From NCBI GenBank assembly GCA_963766075.1, contig CAVYAN010000094.1, positions 1-34,474 on the forward strand: DNA of 34,474 nucleotides, in the 5' to 3' direction. Positions 8,733 to 18,766 of this stretch are shown piece by piece. This stretch comes from an uncultured cyanobacterium (lineage in GTDB: Bacteria > Cyanobacteriota > Cyanobacteriia > Leptolyngbyales > Leptolyngbyaceae). Under the pieces are notes generated by a model, which ran no database searches, was not told the origin of the DNA, and saw only the letters and a program-made list of their open reading frames with translations. Position 1 is the stretch's first letter. Each line of letters starts with the position of its first letter. The translations under genes were made by a program, and so were the position numbers.

Positions 8733-10631
8733 CGCGCCGACACCACGGCACACGCGGTACTCGTCTCCGCCACGGTCGGAACCAATCCCACCACATGGGG
8801 CACGGGTCGGGCTCATACCCCACCATCGATCGCCCCTTGTAGGCCAGGGAAGTGCTAAGCCCAGAGTCCAGCATAACGGCATTCCGCATACCCGCCTTGG
8901 CTAGGGCTTTGCCCAAATCGACGGACCCAATCGGCTCATTCGAGACGCCAATCACCGGCTGTCCCGTTTGGTTAATCCCCCAAAAAGCCCGATGACGCGC
9001 CTCGTTCACACTATACAAAGAACCGAAACGCTCCAAGGGCTGGGGTTGCCCATTGTCCACCAGCCAGCCAGCCGCAACAAAAGCATCGGTCACATTGGGC
9101 ATTTCCGCCTGCAGCGCCGCGAGGGTATTATGCCGATTCGGGTCAAAGGGCACAAACTGCACAGCGCCGTCACTGATCAATACCAGCGGGCGATCCTTTA
9201 AAAGGGGATTTGACCCCGCTTACCCGGAATAAATTGTCCGTGACTGCTGCTGAGAATCGGTCCCAGCATTTCATTGGAATCAAGGGATTCTAATGAGAAA
9301 AAGCCGCCATCCACAGCGGCGATCGCCGTTGTCCCCGCAATAATTTCTGGCACCTGGGCCCGCGTTTTCGCGTGGATCGTCACCGGCTTACCGCCCGTAA
9401 TAAACGTAAACGGCGTATTATCAATCGTTGCCGTGAGCGGTTGAATGGGTGACCCAAAGTCAAAGCCCAAGGTCATGGACGGCAACGCCGCTCCCCCCCA
9501 GGCTACATCCACCATTTCCTGAATCCGAGACTGCCCAATTCGCCCGATCTCCAGCAAACTGTTCGACTGCCCCGCCAACCGTTCATCGGCATCATTCATG
9601 GTTAGCGCGGCCACATAACCCGCCCCCGGCAAGGCCGCCACCACCTTGGCATCGTATTTGCCCTCAGGATAGGTGAAATAGCGGATCGGCACACCCAACT
9701 GGCTTTCCAAAATACGCTTGGACTCTTGCAGTTCAAACTGAATCTCGGCATCCGAAAGGCCCGTCATCACGCGGTGGGTGACACTGTGGGAGGAAATCGT
9801 TATCAGCGGGTTTGCTGCCATTTCCTTTAATTGCTCCCAGGTCAAGCTAGACCGCCCCAATTGTTTGCCCACCTTGGCCGTATAGATGGCAAATACCGCC
9901 GGGTAGTTGTATTTCTTTAATAAGGGATAGACGTAGGTGTAATGGCCCACGTACCCATCATCAAAGGTCAGCAGAATCGGCTTGGCGGGCAAGGGTACAC
10001 CGGTTTGCAGGTGGGCCACCAACTGGTCCATACTGATGGGAGTCAGACCCTTTGCTTGAATCAGTTGCAAATGCTGCTCAAATTCAGCCGGCGTGACATC
10101 AAAAAACACCTGCTTCGGTTCTAGGATGTCGTGATACATCATCACGGGCACCCGCGCCTGCCGCGCCTTGGCATTAATTTCGGGAAACGGACTTGGATTC
10201 AAATACGCCAAGAACTGTGGCGCTAAATTACTCACCAATTTGCCCATGCCCAAGCTGGGCTGATCGACCCACGCCGCCGACTGACTAACAAACTGGGTCA
10301 AGTCTCCATCCGATCGCCCGCTAGATGCTCCGAGGGCGCAGTTGGCATTGGGAGTCAAGATTCCAGCCGACTGGTCTTCAGGTACCGCACTTTTTTCAAA
10401 AACGCCCTTCGGGGTTTCGCCCGCCAAGGGGGCCTCCAAAGACTGGCTGGCAGCGGGATCGGGCTGCCACAGAACCCCATAGGGCAGCAATGCAACCAAG
10501 GCCAACGCGATCGCCCTCAGCCCTCCCCCATTCCTCACCCGCCTTTGCCACAGCAGCTCTTTCCTAATCTGCCCCTGCCTAGCGTGCAGGTGCATGGGAA
10601 TTTTGACCTGCCGCTGCCCCTGGATAGCCAT
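8729..10631 (-). pseudogene. Polysaccharide deacetylase (CE4/NodB) with a C-terminal phosphodiester-glycosidase-like region; two frameshifts as sequenced, possibly errors
   Basis: TFDDGY, SHSVTH and YPEG motifs; C-terminal VDGGFFS and AVMLDSG. ORFs 9198..10631 and 8428..9180 join if one base is added near 9197-9212 and another at 8809-8811, ending VGYEPRPVPHVVGLVPT...SAR* at 8729. Confidence 0.82.
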
Positions 10632-10694
10632 AGTCGTTAACTCATGATCATCGATAGTGCTAATACGTACTGACGAGCCCCTACGGATGGGCGT

Positions 10695-11327
10695 TTATTT
10701 TTGCTGCTCGCGGCGATCAATTTCCTTGTGGATCGCCACAAAGTTATCGCGCAAAGAATTCTTGAAAAAGTTGTAGAACATGCCCGTTGGAACATTTTCC
10801 ACGGGTTCCACCGTCACCACCTGAGTAATGAGCACTTGGTCCGGGGGCGCACCCGCGTAAGGCGCAACAGGCTCCACGCTCCAGTATCCTTCCAATTTGG
10901 GCACATCGCCTTCAATCCGGCGAAAGGTGATGCGGTGTTGATTGGTTTCGGTCACCGTGGACAAGACCCGCGATCGCACATTCAGCACCAAGACACGCCG
11001 TTCATCAATTTGTTCAATCGTCTTTTGGTCACCGTTGACTTTCACGACCCGACTCGAAGTGACATGGGGCAAAAATCTAGAAAACCCCGGATAGTCAGTC
11101 AGCACCGCCCAAACCTGGGCGACCGAGGCCGTCACCAAAACACGCCCAACATAGTTACCCTTTTCGCCAGTTACCAGCACCTTGCCGCTGCGCAGTTCAG
11201 CCCGCTCAACGGGCGAAAGCTGATCAACAGGCCCATTGAACAGTTGAGCAGAACTTGGAGGCATAGAAATAACTAAACCTAATGCAACTAAAAAACTAGC
11301 CAATCGCTGAACTGTTAAAGATTTCAC
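10695..11327 (-). CDS. SRPBCC (cyclase/dehydrase, START-like) protein with a signal-peptide-like N-terminus
   Basis: VWAVLTDYPGFSRFLPHVTSSRV and ITFRRIEGD..LEGYWSVEP motifs. Confidence 0.8.
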   Translation of the reverse strand: MKSLTVQRLASFLVALGLVISMPPSSAQLFNGPVDQLSPVERAELRSGKVLVTGEKGNYVGRVLVTASVAQVWAVLTDYPGFSRFLPHVTSSRVVKVNGDQKTIEQIDERRVLVLNVRSRVLSTVTETNQHRITFRRIEGDVPKLEGYWSVEPVAPYAGAPPDQVLITQVVTVEPVENVPTGMFYNFFKNSLRDNFVAIHKEIDRREQQK

Positions 11328-11731
11328 CGGATCTCCCTGAGTCCAGGCTATGGACCGGATTTAGGGTGAGCTAGGACATTCTAACAGTAGAACTACGGAG
11401 TGGATAGTTTTGCAAAACAATCACCTTGACAAAATATCTGCAAAAAATAGACCTGCAAAAAAATAGAAGTCCCCCAACCGGAAGACTTCATAGACCGAAA
11501 TAGATGACTCTAGGACATCTTCATCTTCCCGGAAAGGTACGCTAGAGACTGTATCCGGGATCGCAATTTAATTTAAAACCCAGCCCAAAATATTCCGCCC
11601 AGGGTTGACGCACCGTCTGTCCACTATATTAGTGGATATTAATGGTGGGCGATCGCACGCTTAGTACATCCGGCCTAAGATGCTGTTTTAGTCTTGAGCT
11701 GCGCCCCGCCCCACGTAGAAAACGTCCCCGT

Positions 11732-13702
11732 GTGTCACATCTAGAACAAGAGCCAATTACACAAGAAATTACGCAAGAACTAAGCCGTTCGCAGTATTGG
11801 GTGTTGGGCCTAGTGGGACAGGGACAATTTGGGCGGGTTTACTGTGCAAGCCATCGCCAAACGGGGAATATTGTCGCGCTTAAAGAATTGGATAAACGAC
11901 GCTTCCCCACCCATGAATTTCTGCGGGAAATGCAGTTTTTGCTGAGTTTGGCGCATGCCAATATTGTTTCTCTCTATGCCCTAGAACAGACGCAAACAGG
12001 GCGATACATGGTGATGGATTACTGCGAAGGAGGGACTCTACGCAGTCTGATTCAAGAGGATATGCGTCTCCATGCGGCCCAGGCACTGCGGGTGGTCGCG
12101 GATATCCTGTCTGGGTTAGAGCATGCCCATAGTCGAGGCGTGATCCACTGTGATATCAAACCCGAAAATATCTTGCTCAGACTGACTCCAGAGGGCTGGA
12201 CTGCCAAGATTTCTGACTTTGGCATTGCTCGTCTTGGTCAAGAAATCAAGACTCAGGATATGCAGTTGGGCTCCCCGGCTTACATGGCCCCAGAACGCTT
12301 CCAGGGGGAGTATTCCTATGCCTCTGATTTGTATGCCGTTGGCATTGTGCTGTTTGAATTGCTCACAGGGTATCGCCCGTTTGCAGGCAGGCCAGCGGAC
12401 TTGAGGTTGGCGCATATGAACCAAGCAGTCACGCTGCCGAAAGACATGCCAACGGATCTGCAATTGTTAATTCAGCGATCGCTGCAAAAGCTGCCCGCTC
12501 AGCGGTTTCGTTCTGCGGCGGTCATGCGGGAGGCCGTGCAAGCTGCCGCCGCTAATTTAGGGGATTTATCCAGAAACAATCTGTCTCAAAGGACTCCGAG
12601 GGCATTGCTGTATCCCACAGAGCCGTTGATCCCGGGTGGGTTTCAGGCTGTATCGGTGCAGCCATTGCCCAGTCCGATCCGCCAGGTGATCGTGGCAACC
12701 GCCCCAGATGCTGTGTCTTCAGGTCTACCTCGATCGCGTCCACAGGCTCCGCTTTACCTGGTTTTTGACCGCCACATCCAACGGTGGCACTCTCCACAAT
12801 CGGCTCTGCTCCCCGATCAGCTATCGCAGTATCGGCAGAGCGGGCGGGCCTCAAAGAGCATTGAGGACTGGCACCGGACCCAGGTCCTGTTCCCGGCTCC
12901 GATTCAAGCCATCAGCCTCACGATGAAGGGAGCAGTGGTGATCGCCAATCGGAGGCTCTATCATGTGCAGTCCGATCAGTTTGTGCCCTGTTCTGGAAAT
13001 TGGGCATGTTCTGGAGATTGGGCAGACAATGGCGGCAGGGATCTCTGTCCCGAGGCGATCGCCCAATTTTCCCAGGAAGTTGTCATGGCCACGGATCCGC
13101 AAGGGCGGTGGCTGGCCACCGCCACCCAAGGCCAAACGACCCCCCTCCAGATGGGGTGGATCCGGGACAGGACCATCCGGCTACAGGCCACTGCAAGCGC
13201 TGTCAGAGCACCTCAGCAATTAATTGCCCTAGATTCCCGCTATCTGGTTGCCGTTGGTTCGGGGCCAAATGCGCCCGACCCGCCGCTGCTACAAGTGATC
13301 AATCGGCGCGGGATTTGCGTCGCCCATCAAAGCCTCCCCGTCAAACTTCAGGGAATGATCTCCACGCCCAGGCCCTATCGTCTCCTAGCGCTGGAACCGG
13401 ACCATACCAATTCGGTGCTCCTGCTCGATCTGAAGCCGTTCCGGATGCAACGTATTGGGGTGGGGATCACACCCAAACTCCTCACAGCCACCCCGTGGGG
13501 CTACATTGTGATGGCCGAGAATGGCCAGATTGTGGTTTTGAATCAGCAGGGCCAGATCATGGGTTGCAGTGCAGGGCCAGCGTCACCAACGGCAATCGCG
13601 CCAATCGCGCTATATGGGCTGGCGATCGCCACCTGGCAAAACGGGGCCGGTAATTTGCATATTGTTGATTTGCGGCAGCTCGATTTGGATATGGTGTTCT
13701 AG
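11732..13702 (+). CDS. Hanks-type Ser/Thr protein kinase with a beta-rich C-terminal region
   Basis: GQGQFGRV, VALKE, HCDIKPEN, DFG, APE and DLYAVG motifs; no TM seen. Start is GTG 11732 or ATG 11642. Confidence 0.9.
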   Translation: MSHLEQEPITQEITQELSRSQYWVLGLVGQGQFGRVYCASHRQTGNIVALKELDKRRFPTHEFLREMQFLLSLAHANIVSLYALEQTQTGRYMVMDYCEGGTLRSLIQEDMRLHAAQALRVVADILSGLEHAHSRGVIHCDIKPENILLRLTPEGWTAKISDFGIARLGQEIKTQDMQLGSPAYMAPERFQGEYSYASDLYAVGIVLFELLTGYRPFAGRPADLRLAHMNQAVTLPKDMPTDLQLLIQRSLQKLPAQRFRSAAVMREAVQAAAANLGDLSRNNLSQRTPRALLYPTEPLIPGGFQAVSVQPLPSPIRQVIVATAPDAVSSGLPRSRPQAPLYLVFDRHIQRWHSPQSALLPDQLSQYRQSGRASKSIEDWHRTQVLFPAPIQAISLTMKGAVVIANRRLYHVQSDQFVPCSGNWACSGDWADNGGRDLCPEAIAQFSQEVVMATDPQGRWLATATQGQTTPLQMGWIRDRTIRLQATASAVRAPQQLIALDSRYLVAVGSGPNAPDPPLLQVINRRGICVAHQSLPVKLQGMISTPRPYRLLALEPDHTNSVLLLDLKPFRMQRIGVGITPKLLTATPWGYIVMAENGQIVVLNQQGQIMGCSAGPASPTAIAPIALYGLAIATWQNGAGNLHIVDLRQLDLDMVF

Positions 13703-13863
13703 AGGTTTGGATAGGGGATAGAGGTTGGCTCCCCCGACGCGACGCATTGCTGGAGGATTTTGGATGGGGCGCTGGATGCTGAGATGTTAAATTATGTTAT
13801 GGACTGGTGGGTGGGGCCGATCGCCTCAGCCGCAAGTGCTGCGTGTTCCTTATCCTTTTTCCT

Positions 13864-14574
13864 ATGCCTGATTGGTTATTGCCGAGCCATTTTGTAATTT
13901 TGGGTTTGCTGTTGACGTTTGCGATCGCCCACAGTGGACTGGCAGCGCTGCGCCCACAGGGAGAACAGCTCATCGGGGCGCGTCTGTACCGGGTAATTTT
14001 TGCCCTGGTGAGTTTGCCCTTGGCCACGGTGCTGATTATTTATTTTTTTAATCACCGCTATGACGGATTGCAACTGTGGAGCGTGCAGGGAATTCCTGGT
14101 GTGCAAACCGGCGTGTGGATTGCATCAGCACTTTCGTTTTTGTTTCTGTATCCAGCCACGTTCAATTTGCTCGAAGTGGCCGCCATCCAGAAGCCGGAAG
14201 TGCATTTATACGAAAGCGGGATTATTCGGATTACGCGACACCCCCAGATGGTGGGGCAAATTATCTGGTGCGTAGCCCATGGGCTATGGATTGGCAGTTC
14301 TTTTATGGTGGTGACGTCCATCGGGCTGATCTTGCACCACCTGTTCGGAGTATGGCATGGCGATCGTCGCTTGCTGGCGCGCTATGGGCCGGCGTTCGTG
14401 GCAGTACAGGCACGTACCTCCGTGATCCCGTTTTTGGCGATCCTGCAGGGGCGGCAAACTTTGAATGTTAGGGAGTTCCTGAAACCGGCCTATGTGGGCG
14501 TTGGAGCCTTTGTGGTGCTGTTCTGGTGGCTGCACCCGATATTGATCGATGCAACTTCGCGCCTAGGCTGGTAG
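13864..14574 (+). CDS. NnrU family protein, probable 15-cis-zeta-carotene isomerase (Z-ISO)
   Basis: HSGLAALR, FLYPATFNLLEVAAIQKP, GIIRITRHPQMVGQ and HHLFGVWHGDRRL motifs; multi-TM. Confidence 0.88.
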   Translation: MPDWLLPSHFVILGLLLTFAIAHSGLAALRPQGEQLIGARLYRVIFALVSLPLATVLIIYFFNHRYDGLQLWSVQGIPGVQTGVWIASALSFLFLYPATFNLLEVAAIQKPEVHLYESGIIRITRHPQMVGQIIWCVAHGLWIGSSFMVVTSIGLILHHLFGVWHGDRRLLARYGPAFVAVQARTSVIPFLAILQGRQTLNVREFLKPAYVGVGAFVVLFWWLHPILIDATSRLGW

Positions 14575-14635
14575 ACTTGATCCCATTAGGATTTTAACTT
14601 TACATATCTAGAATAAAAGGATAAGACGATACTCA

Positions 14636-14977
14636 ATGGGTGAGCAGCACTTTTCCACGGAAGTTTTGGAATCATCTACACCTGTTCTCGTTCATTTTGG
14701 CGCACCTTGGTGTGGTCCTTGCCGCATGATTGAGCCTCTGCTAAACCGATTTCAATTGGAATGGGGAAAACAATTTAAATTAATCGGGATCAATGCCGAC
14801 GAGAATCTGAAGCTGTCGAGTGAGTACCGGATTACGACACTGCCCACCATTTTATGTTTTAAGAGCGGCAAGGTGGTTTACCGCCTGGAGGGGGTGTATC
14901 GTCGTGATGATATCTGGTCTGAGTTACAAAAGCTGATGGCTACCTTTACGGCCTCTGCGCTCAAGAGCGTTCGGTAA
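14636..14977 (+). CDS. Thioredoxin (TrxC-like sequence and context, but WCGPC active site)
   Basis: PVLVHFGAPWCGPC and INADENLKL...LPT motifs; immediately downstream of the NnrU gene. Confidence 0.88.
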   Translation: MGEQHFSTEVLESSTPVLVHFGAPWCGPCRMIEPLLNRFQLEWGKQFKLIGINADENLKLSSEYRITTLPTILCFKSGKVVYRLEGVYRRDDIWSELQKLMATFTASALKSVR

Positions 14978-14995
14978 CACAGGGAGCGCAGCGGC

Positions 14996-15053
14996 TCACG
15001 GATGAATCAATCATCCGCTCTCAATCACGGATGAATCAATCATCCGCTCTCAA
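14996..15053. repeat. Two exact tandem copies of a 29-bp unit with an internal hairpin
   Basis: TCACGGATGAATCAATCATCCGCTCTCAA x2; internal stem CGGATGA-N5-TCATCCG. Confidence 0.9.
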
Positions 15054-15113
15054 TAATTTATCGATCGTAACTACTCAGCGATCGCGATCGCCTCTCTGTG
15101 GTTGCCGAGTTTG

Positions 15114-15186
15114 ACCCACCCCGCCCTGCGGGCACCCCTCCCAGGCAGGGATATTTTCGAGCATTCCCCTCCTGGGAGGGGTGGGC
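15114..15186. repeat. GC-rich REP-like palindromic element
   Basis: ACCCCTCCCAGGCAGGG...TCCCCTCCTGGGAGGGGT stem, preceded by a GCCCTGCGGGC mini-hairpin; lies between convergent genes. Confidence 0.65.
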
Positions 15187-15294
15187 GCAACGGATGGCAC
15201 AGGCTGAGTATTTATCATCGATAGAGAAACAGGGGATCACATTGTAATCCCCATGTTTGCTTGGGAGCGCCATGACACTTTCGCGATCGCCCCT

Positions 15295-16059
15295 TCAGCA
15301 CTCATCAGCGTCAATGCCTAGCTCCCGCAACTTAGCGGCCAAACGATCAGCCCGCTGTTTTTCCTGTTCGGCCCGCTCATCGCCGGTCAGGAGTAAATTA
15401 CCCTGTTCATCCCACCAGCGCAGCCAAGGCAAGGTTTGATTGCCCTCGCGCCCCGACCAAATACCAAGTTCGACACCCATGGGTGGAATGGGATAGTGAT
15501 TGCGGGCATTGGGAGCACATTTAGAGTATCGGTTGGCGATCAGCTCATACACCTCCACCGATGCTTTCTCGACTTCGTAAATCGCATAAAACGGGATCCG
15601 AATCGCCTGTTCATACACCCAAAACTTACCGGCTCTGGTGGCCTGCCCTGCCGTCTGCCCCGCCTCATTTCCCATAAAAGGGGAGGTCCTATCCCGCTCT
15701 GCAGAGCCATCTCCTGAAACAAATTCAATCGCAATTAATGGGACAATAATCTCCTTCCACATGACATAGGAACGTCGCCCCACCCCATTGAGCATCGGTG
15801 GCACATTGGGCACATAAAACCAGGCCGGGGCTTCGGCACCCCGTTCCGGGGGTTCCGTCAACCGCCAATAAATACCGCTGTCTTGACCAATACAGTACTG
15901 GCCATCGGGATGGAGCGTGTCTAAAACGGGTCGAATGGAACTGGTCAACAGCAAACTTTGTGGGTGTTCCTGAAAATTTTTCACAAAGGTGCCGTCGGAT
16001 TCGGGAAGCTGCGTGTGGTCCGGTAGGGCCAGCGGGGGATGGGGTTTAGCGATCGTCAT
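15295..16059 (-). CDS. Uma2 family (DUF820) endonuclease-like protein
   Basis: LPDHTQLPESDGTFVKNFQEHPQS, IGQDSGIYW, IEFVSGDGSAERD, GKFWVYEQ, WLRWWD and C-terminal RADRLAAKLRELGI. Confidence 0.9.
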   Translation of the reverse strand: MTIAKPHPPLALPDHTQLPESDGTFVKNFQEHPQSLLLTSSIRPVLDTLHPDGQYCIGQDSGIYWRLTEPPERGAEAPAWFYVPNVPPMLNGVGRRSYVMWKEIIVPLIAIEFVSGDGSAERDRTSPFMGNEAGQTAGQATRAGKFWVYEQAIRIPFYAIYEVEKASVEVYELIANRYSKCAPNARNHYPIPPMGVELGIWSGREGNQTLPWLRWWDEQGNLLLTGDERAEQEKQRADRLAAKLRELGIDADEC

Positions 16060-16151
16060 GGGTTGCGTACCGTCGATCGAGATGAGTCCTATTGTAAAGG
16101 AATGCCGCCAACACAGCCGCCCACCCTGCTCGCGACCGAGGCCCGCGGGCC

Positions 16152-17321
16152 TCAGTCGGAAATGGCTTCAGGCTCGGAAATCATTCCGTACAGCGTATCC
16201 CGTTGGCGATAGGGTCTGCCCAGGGCCGCGATCGCCCCCTGCAAATCGGCCACTTCCAAACAGGTACCGCCCTGGGCACCGGCCATGGTGGTGATGTGTT
16301 CCTCCATAAGCGTGCCACCCAGGTCATTGCATCCCCAGGTGAGCGCCTCCGTTGCACCCGCTAATCCCAATTTCACCCAACTGGGCTGATGGTTGACAAT
16401 CCACTGCCCCAAATAGATGCGGGCAACAGCGGTGAGATGGAGCGCATCGGCCAAAATGGGTTGGTCATGCCCGACCCGGCGGCGTAGGGGTTTAGGAGCC
16501 TCTTGGCCCACAAAGGGCAGCAGGATAAATTCCGTGATGCCGCGATCGCCGCGATCGCAGGCAGCCTGCTGGAGCGATCGCAGCGCTTGCAAATGGCGCA
16601 CCTGCTGCTCTGGCGTTTCAATATGACCCGACAACATCGTGCTGGTCGTGGGCAAGCCCAACCGGTGGGCTGTGCCCACAATGTCCAACCAGGTAGCCGT
16701 ATCCAACTTTTCCGGACAGAGCACCCGCCGGACGGCATCATCCAAAACTTCGGCGGCAGTACCCGGGAGGGAATTTACGCCCGCATCCCGCAGTTCGGCA
16801 AGCACATCGGCATAGGTCAGGCCATCTTCGCGGGCAATGAATTGAACTTCCTGGGGCGAAAAGGCATGGAGATGCAGATGGGGAAATTGCGTTTTGAGGG
16901 CCGTGATGATGTTGCGGTAGTAAGCTAGGGAACTGCCCTGTGATTTGGCCTTCAGATTTAAGCCGCCCTGCATGCAAAGTTCGGTTGCCTGCCGTGCAAC
17001 AGCATCCTGGGCCTTGGCAAGCATTTGCTCCAAAGTAAGCCAGTAGGCTCCGGATTCGTCCTCATCCCGCCGGAAGGCGCAGAAGCTGCAATGCTGTTCA
17101 CAAATATTAGTGAAGTTAATATTGCGATTAATAACGTAGGTCACCGTATCACCGACTTGCTGCTGACGCAGGCAATTGGCAGCATCGCGGATGGCGGCGA
17201 TCGCCGCAGGCTCCCGCTGCTGCAACAGCACGATGCCTTCAGCAGCAGTGATATCTTGCCCATGGAGCGCGCGATCCAGAATTGTGGCTACCGACGCCGT
17301 GCCCATAAAAGTCGTGCCCAT
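16152..17321 (-). CDS. cofH: FO synthase subunit CofH (radical SAM)
   Basis: [49 protein letters not shown] and [20 protein letters not shown]. Start is 17321 or 17306. Confidence 0.9.
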   Translation of the reverse strand: MGTTFMGTASVATILDRALHGQDITAAEGIVLLQQREPAAIAAIRDAANCLRQQQVGDTVTYVINRNINFTNICEQHCSFCAFRRDEDESGAYWLTLEQMLAKAQDAVARQATELCMQGGLNLKAKSQGSSLAYYRNIITALKTQFPHLHLHAFSPQEVQFIAREDGLTYADVLAELRDAGVNSLPGTAAEVLDDAVRRVLCPEKLDTATWLDIVGTAHRLGLPTTSTMLSGHIETPEQQVRHLQALRSLQQAACDRGDRGITEFILLPFVGQEAPKPLRRRVGHDQPILADALHLTAVARIYLGQWIVNHQPSWVKLGLAGATEALTWGCNDLGGTLMEEHITTMAGAQGGTCLEVADLQGAIAALGRPYRQRDTLYGMISEPEAISD

Positions 17322-17691
17322 ACAAAATACCTCGAGGTGTCCCAGAACAATGCCCAAGCCTGCTGCCTACTGTAGCCGCCTACGGTCAATTAGTGTCGGT
17401 TCCTCTCCATCCTAGGGCCTGTAACTTTTGAAAAATTAAATCTTGTTGGCAAATGTCCAAAGTAGACTAGACAGCGCCGGGGCTGCGATCGCCCAGATGG
17501 GTTCAAGCGGCAGATAACACCCCTTCCGGAAATTGCCCCCGTCCATATGAAGCTCTTTAGACCATTGACGATGGCGCATCTAGGCAACAGGATGCACCTC
17601 AGCAACGCCCATCCTCAGCCCACACCCCCTGGACCCTCTCCACGGGTTGCCTAGGCTTATGTATAAATTCACCCTTGACCCAGGTATTTCT

Positions 17692-18718
17692 ATGCTATTC
17701 ATCACCAATCGCGTGCTTCAAGAAGGTCTCACTCCGATCGCCAATTCCACAACGGCGCTCCCCCGCACCGTCAACTTTGACTTGACCAACAATCAGGCGG
17801 AACAGTCCGTTTATTTCTGCCGTCGCACTACGGCTAACAGTTATCAAGAAATCGGGTCTACGACCTTCCTAACAGAACTCAAAACCTCCGACTACCGCGA
17901 GATCTTATTCTATATCCACGGCTACAACAACCTCCCAGAGGGGGCAGTCTTTCCCCGTGCCGAGGAACTCCAGCGCCTGTTTGACCAAAAATCGCCCGGA
18001 CATATTCAGGTAGTCCCTCTGATTTGGCCCTGCGACAACGACCTAGGCAAGATCAAGGACTACTATGATGATCAAATGGCAGCGGATCAAAGTGGCGTCG
18101 CCTTTGCCCGCTTGTTCCAGAAGTTTCTGAACTGGAGAGAAATCAACAGCACGCTGGAAAATCCCTGTACTAAGCGCCTGCATGTACTCTCCCATTCCAT
18201 GGGGAACCGGGTGTTACGAGCCTCAATCTCTCGCACCGTGCAGTATTTTCTACCCCAGGGCATGCCCCTAGTTTTCCGCAATATCTTCATGGCGGCAGCG
18301 GATATTGGCAATGCCTCCCTAGAACCAGGACAGGAGGGAGAACTGATTCCCCCGGCTGCCCGTAATGTGGTCGTATACCATGCAGCGGATGACTTTGCCA
18401 TGCGGGCCAGCAAGGTCGCCAACGCCAATGCGGAAGAATCCCGTCGCCAACGGCAAGCGGGCCAAATTGCCACGCGCCGCCTAGGACATACCGGACCGGC
18501 TGATATTCAATAAAGTCGCCAATAATGTCTATGCTCTAGATTGTGACGATTTCAACAATGATTTTGATCCCCCAGTTGGGCATGGCTACTTTGCGGGGCA
18601 CAATGACAATCCCAGTCCCCTGTTTAATCACATGTGGGGTTGCATTGATACCGGGCGCGTGCGCATGGAGCCTGGTACAGCAAGAACGACTGTACTGAAT
18701 GGACGATGGTTCGGGTAG
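17692..18718 (+). pseudogene. Alpha/beta hydrolase (DUF900-like); one frameshift as sequenced
   Basis: MLFITNR, YIHGYNN, WPC and nucleophile elbow SHSMG. After RRLGHTGPADI the frame continues one base over as NKVANNVYALDCDDFNNDFDPPVGHGYF...WFG* to 18718. Confidence 0.8.
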
Positions 18719-18766
18719 ACCGAGTTAAGCATTGCTACCTCGCATTTCAACAGACTCGTATTTCAA

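Noticed and set aside
8428..9180. 250-aa ORF as an independent gene
   Set aside because: Its first part is the deacetylase C-terminus; the rest is out-of-frame read-through over the TPR gene.
9197..9212. Programmed -1 frameshift at CCCCTTTTAAAG
   Set aside because: The in-frame codons ATC CCC TTT TAA do not form a canonical X XXY YYZ slippery site, and a second indel in the same gene favours error.
14996..15053. Possible CRISPR repeat (29 bp, palindromic)
   Set aside because: Only two copies, directly abutting with no spacer, and no cas genes in the window.
17358..17690. Possible ncRNA or small gene between cofH and the DUF900-like gene
   Set aside because: No recognisable RNA family, RBS-supported ORF or strong structure.
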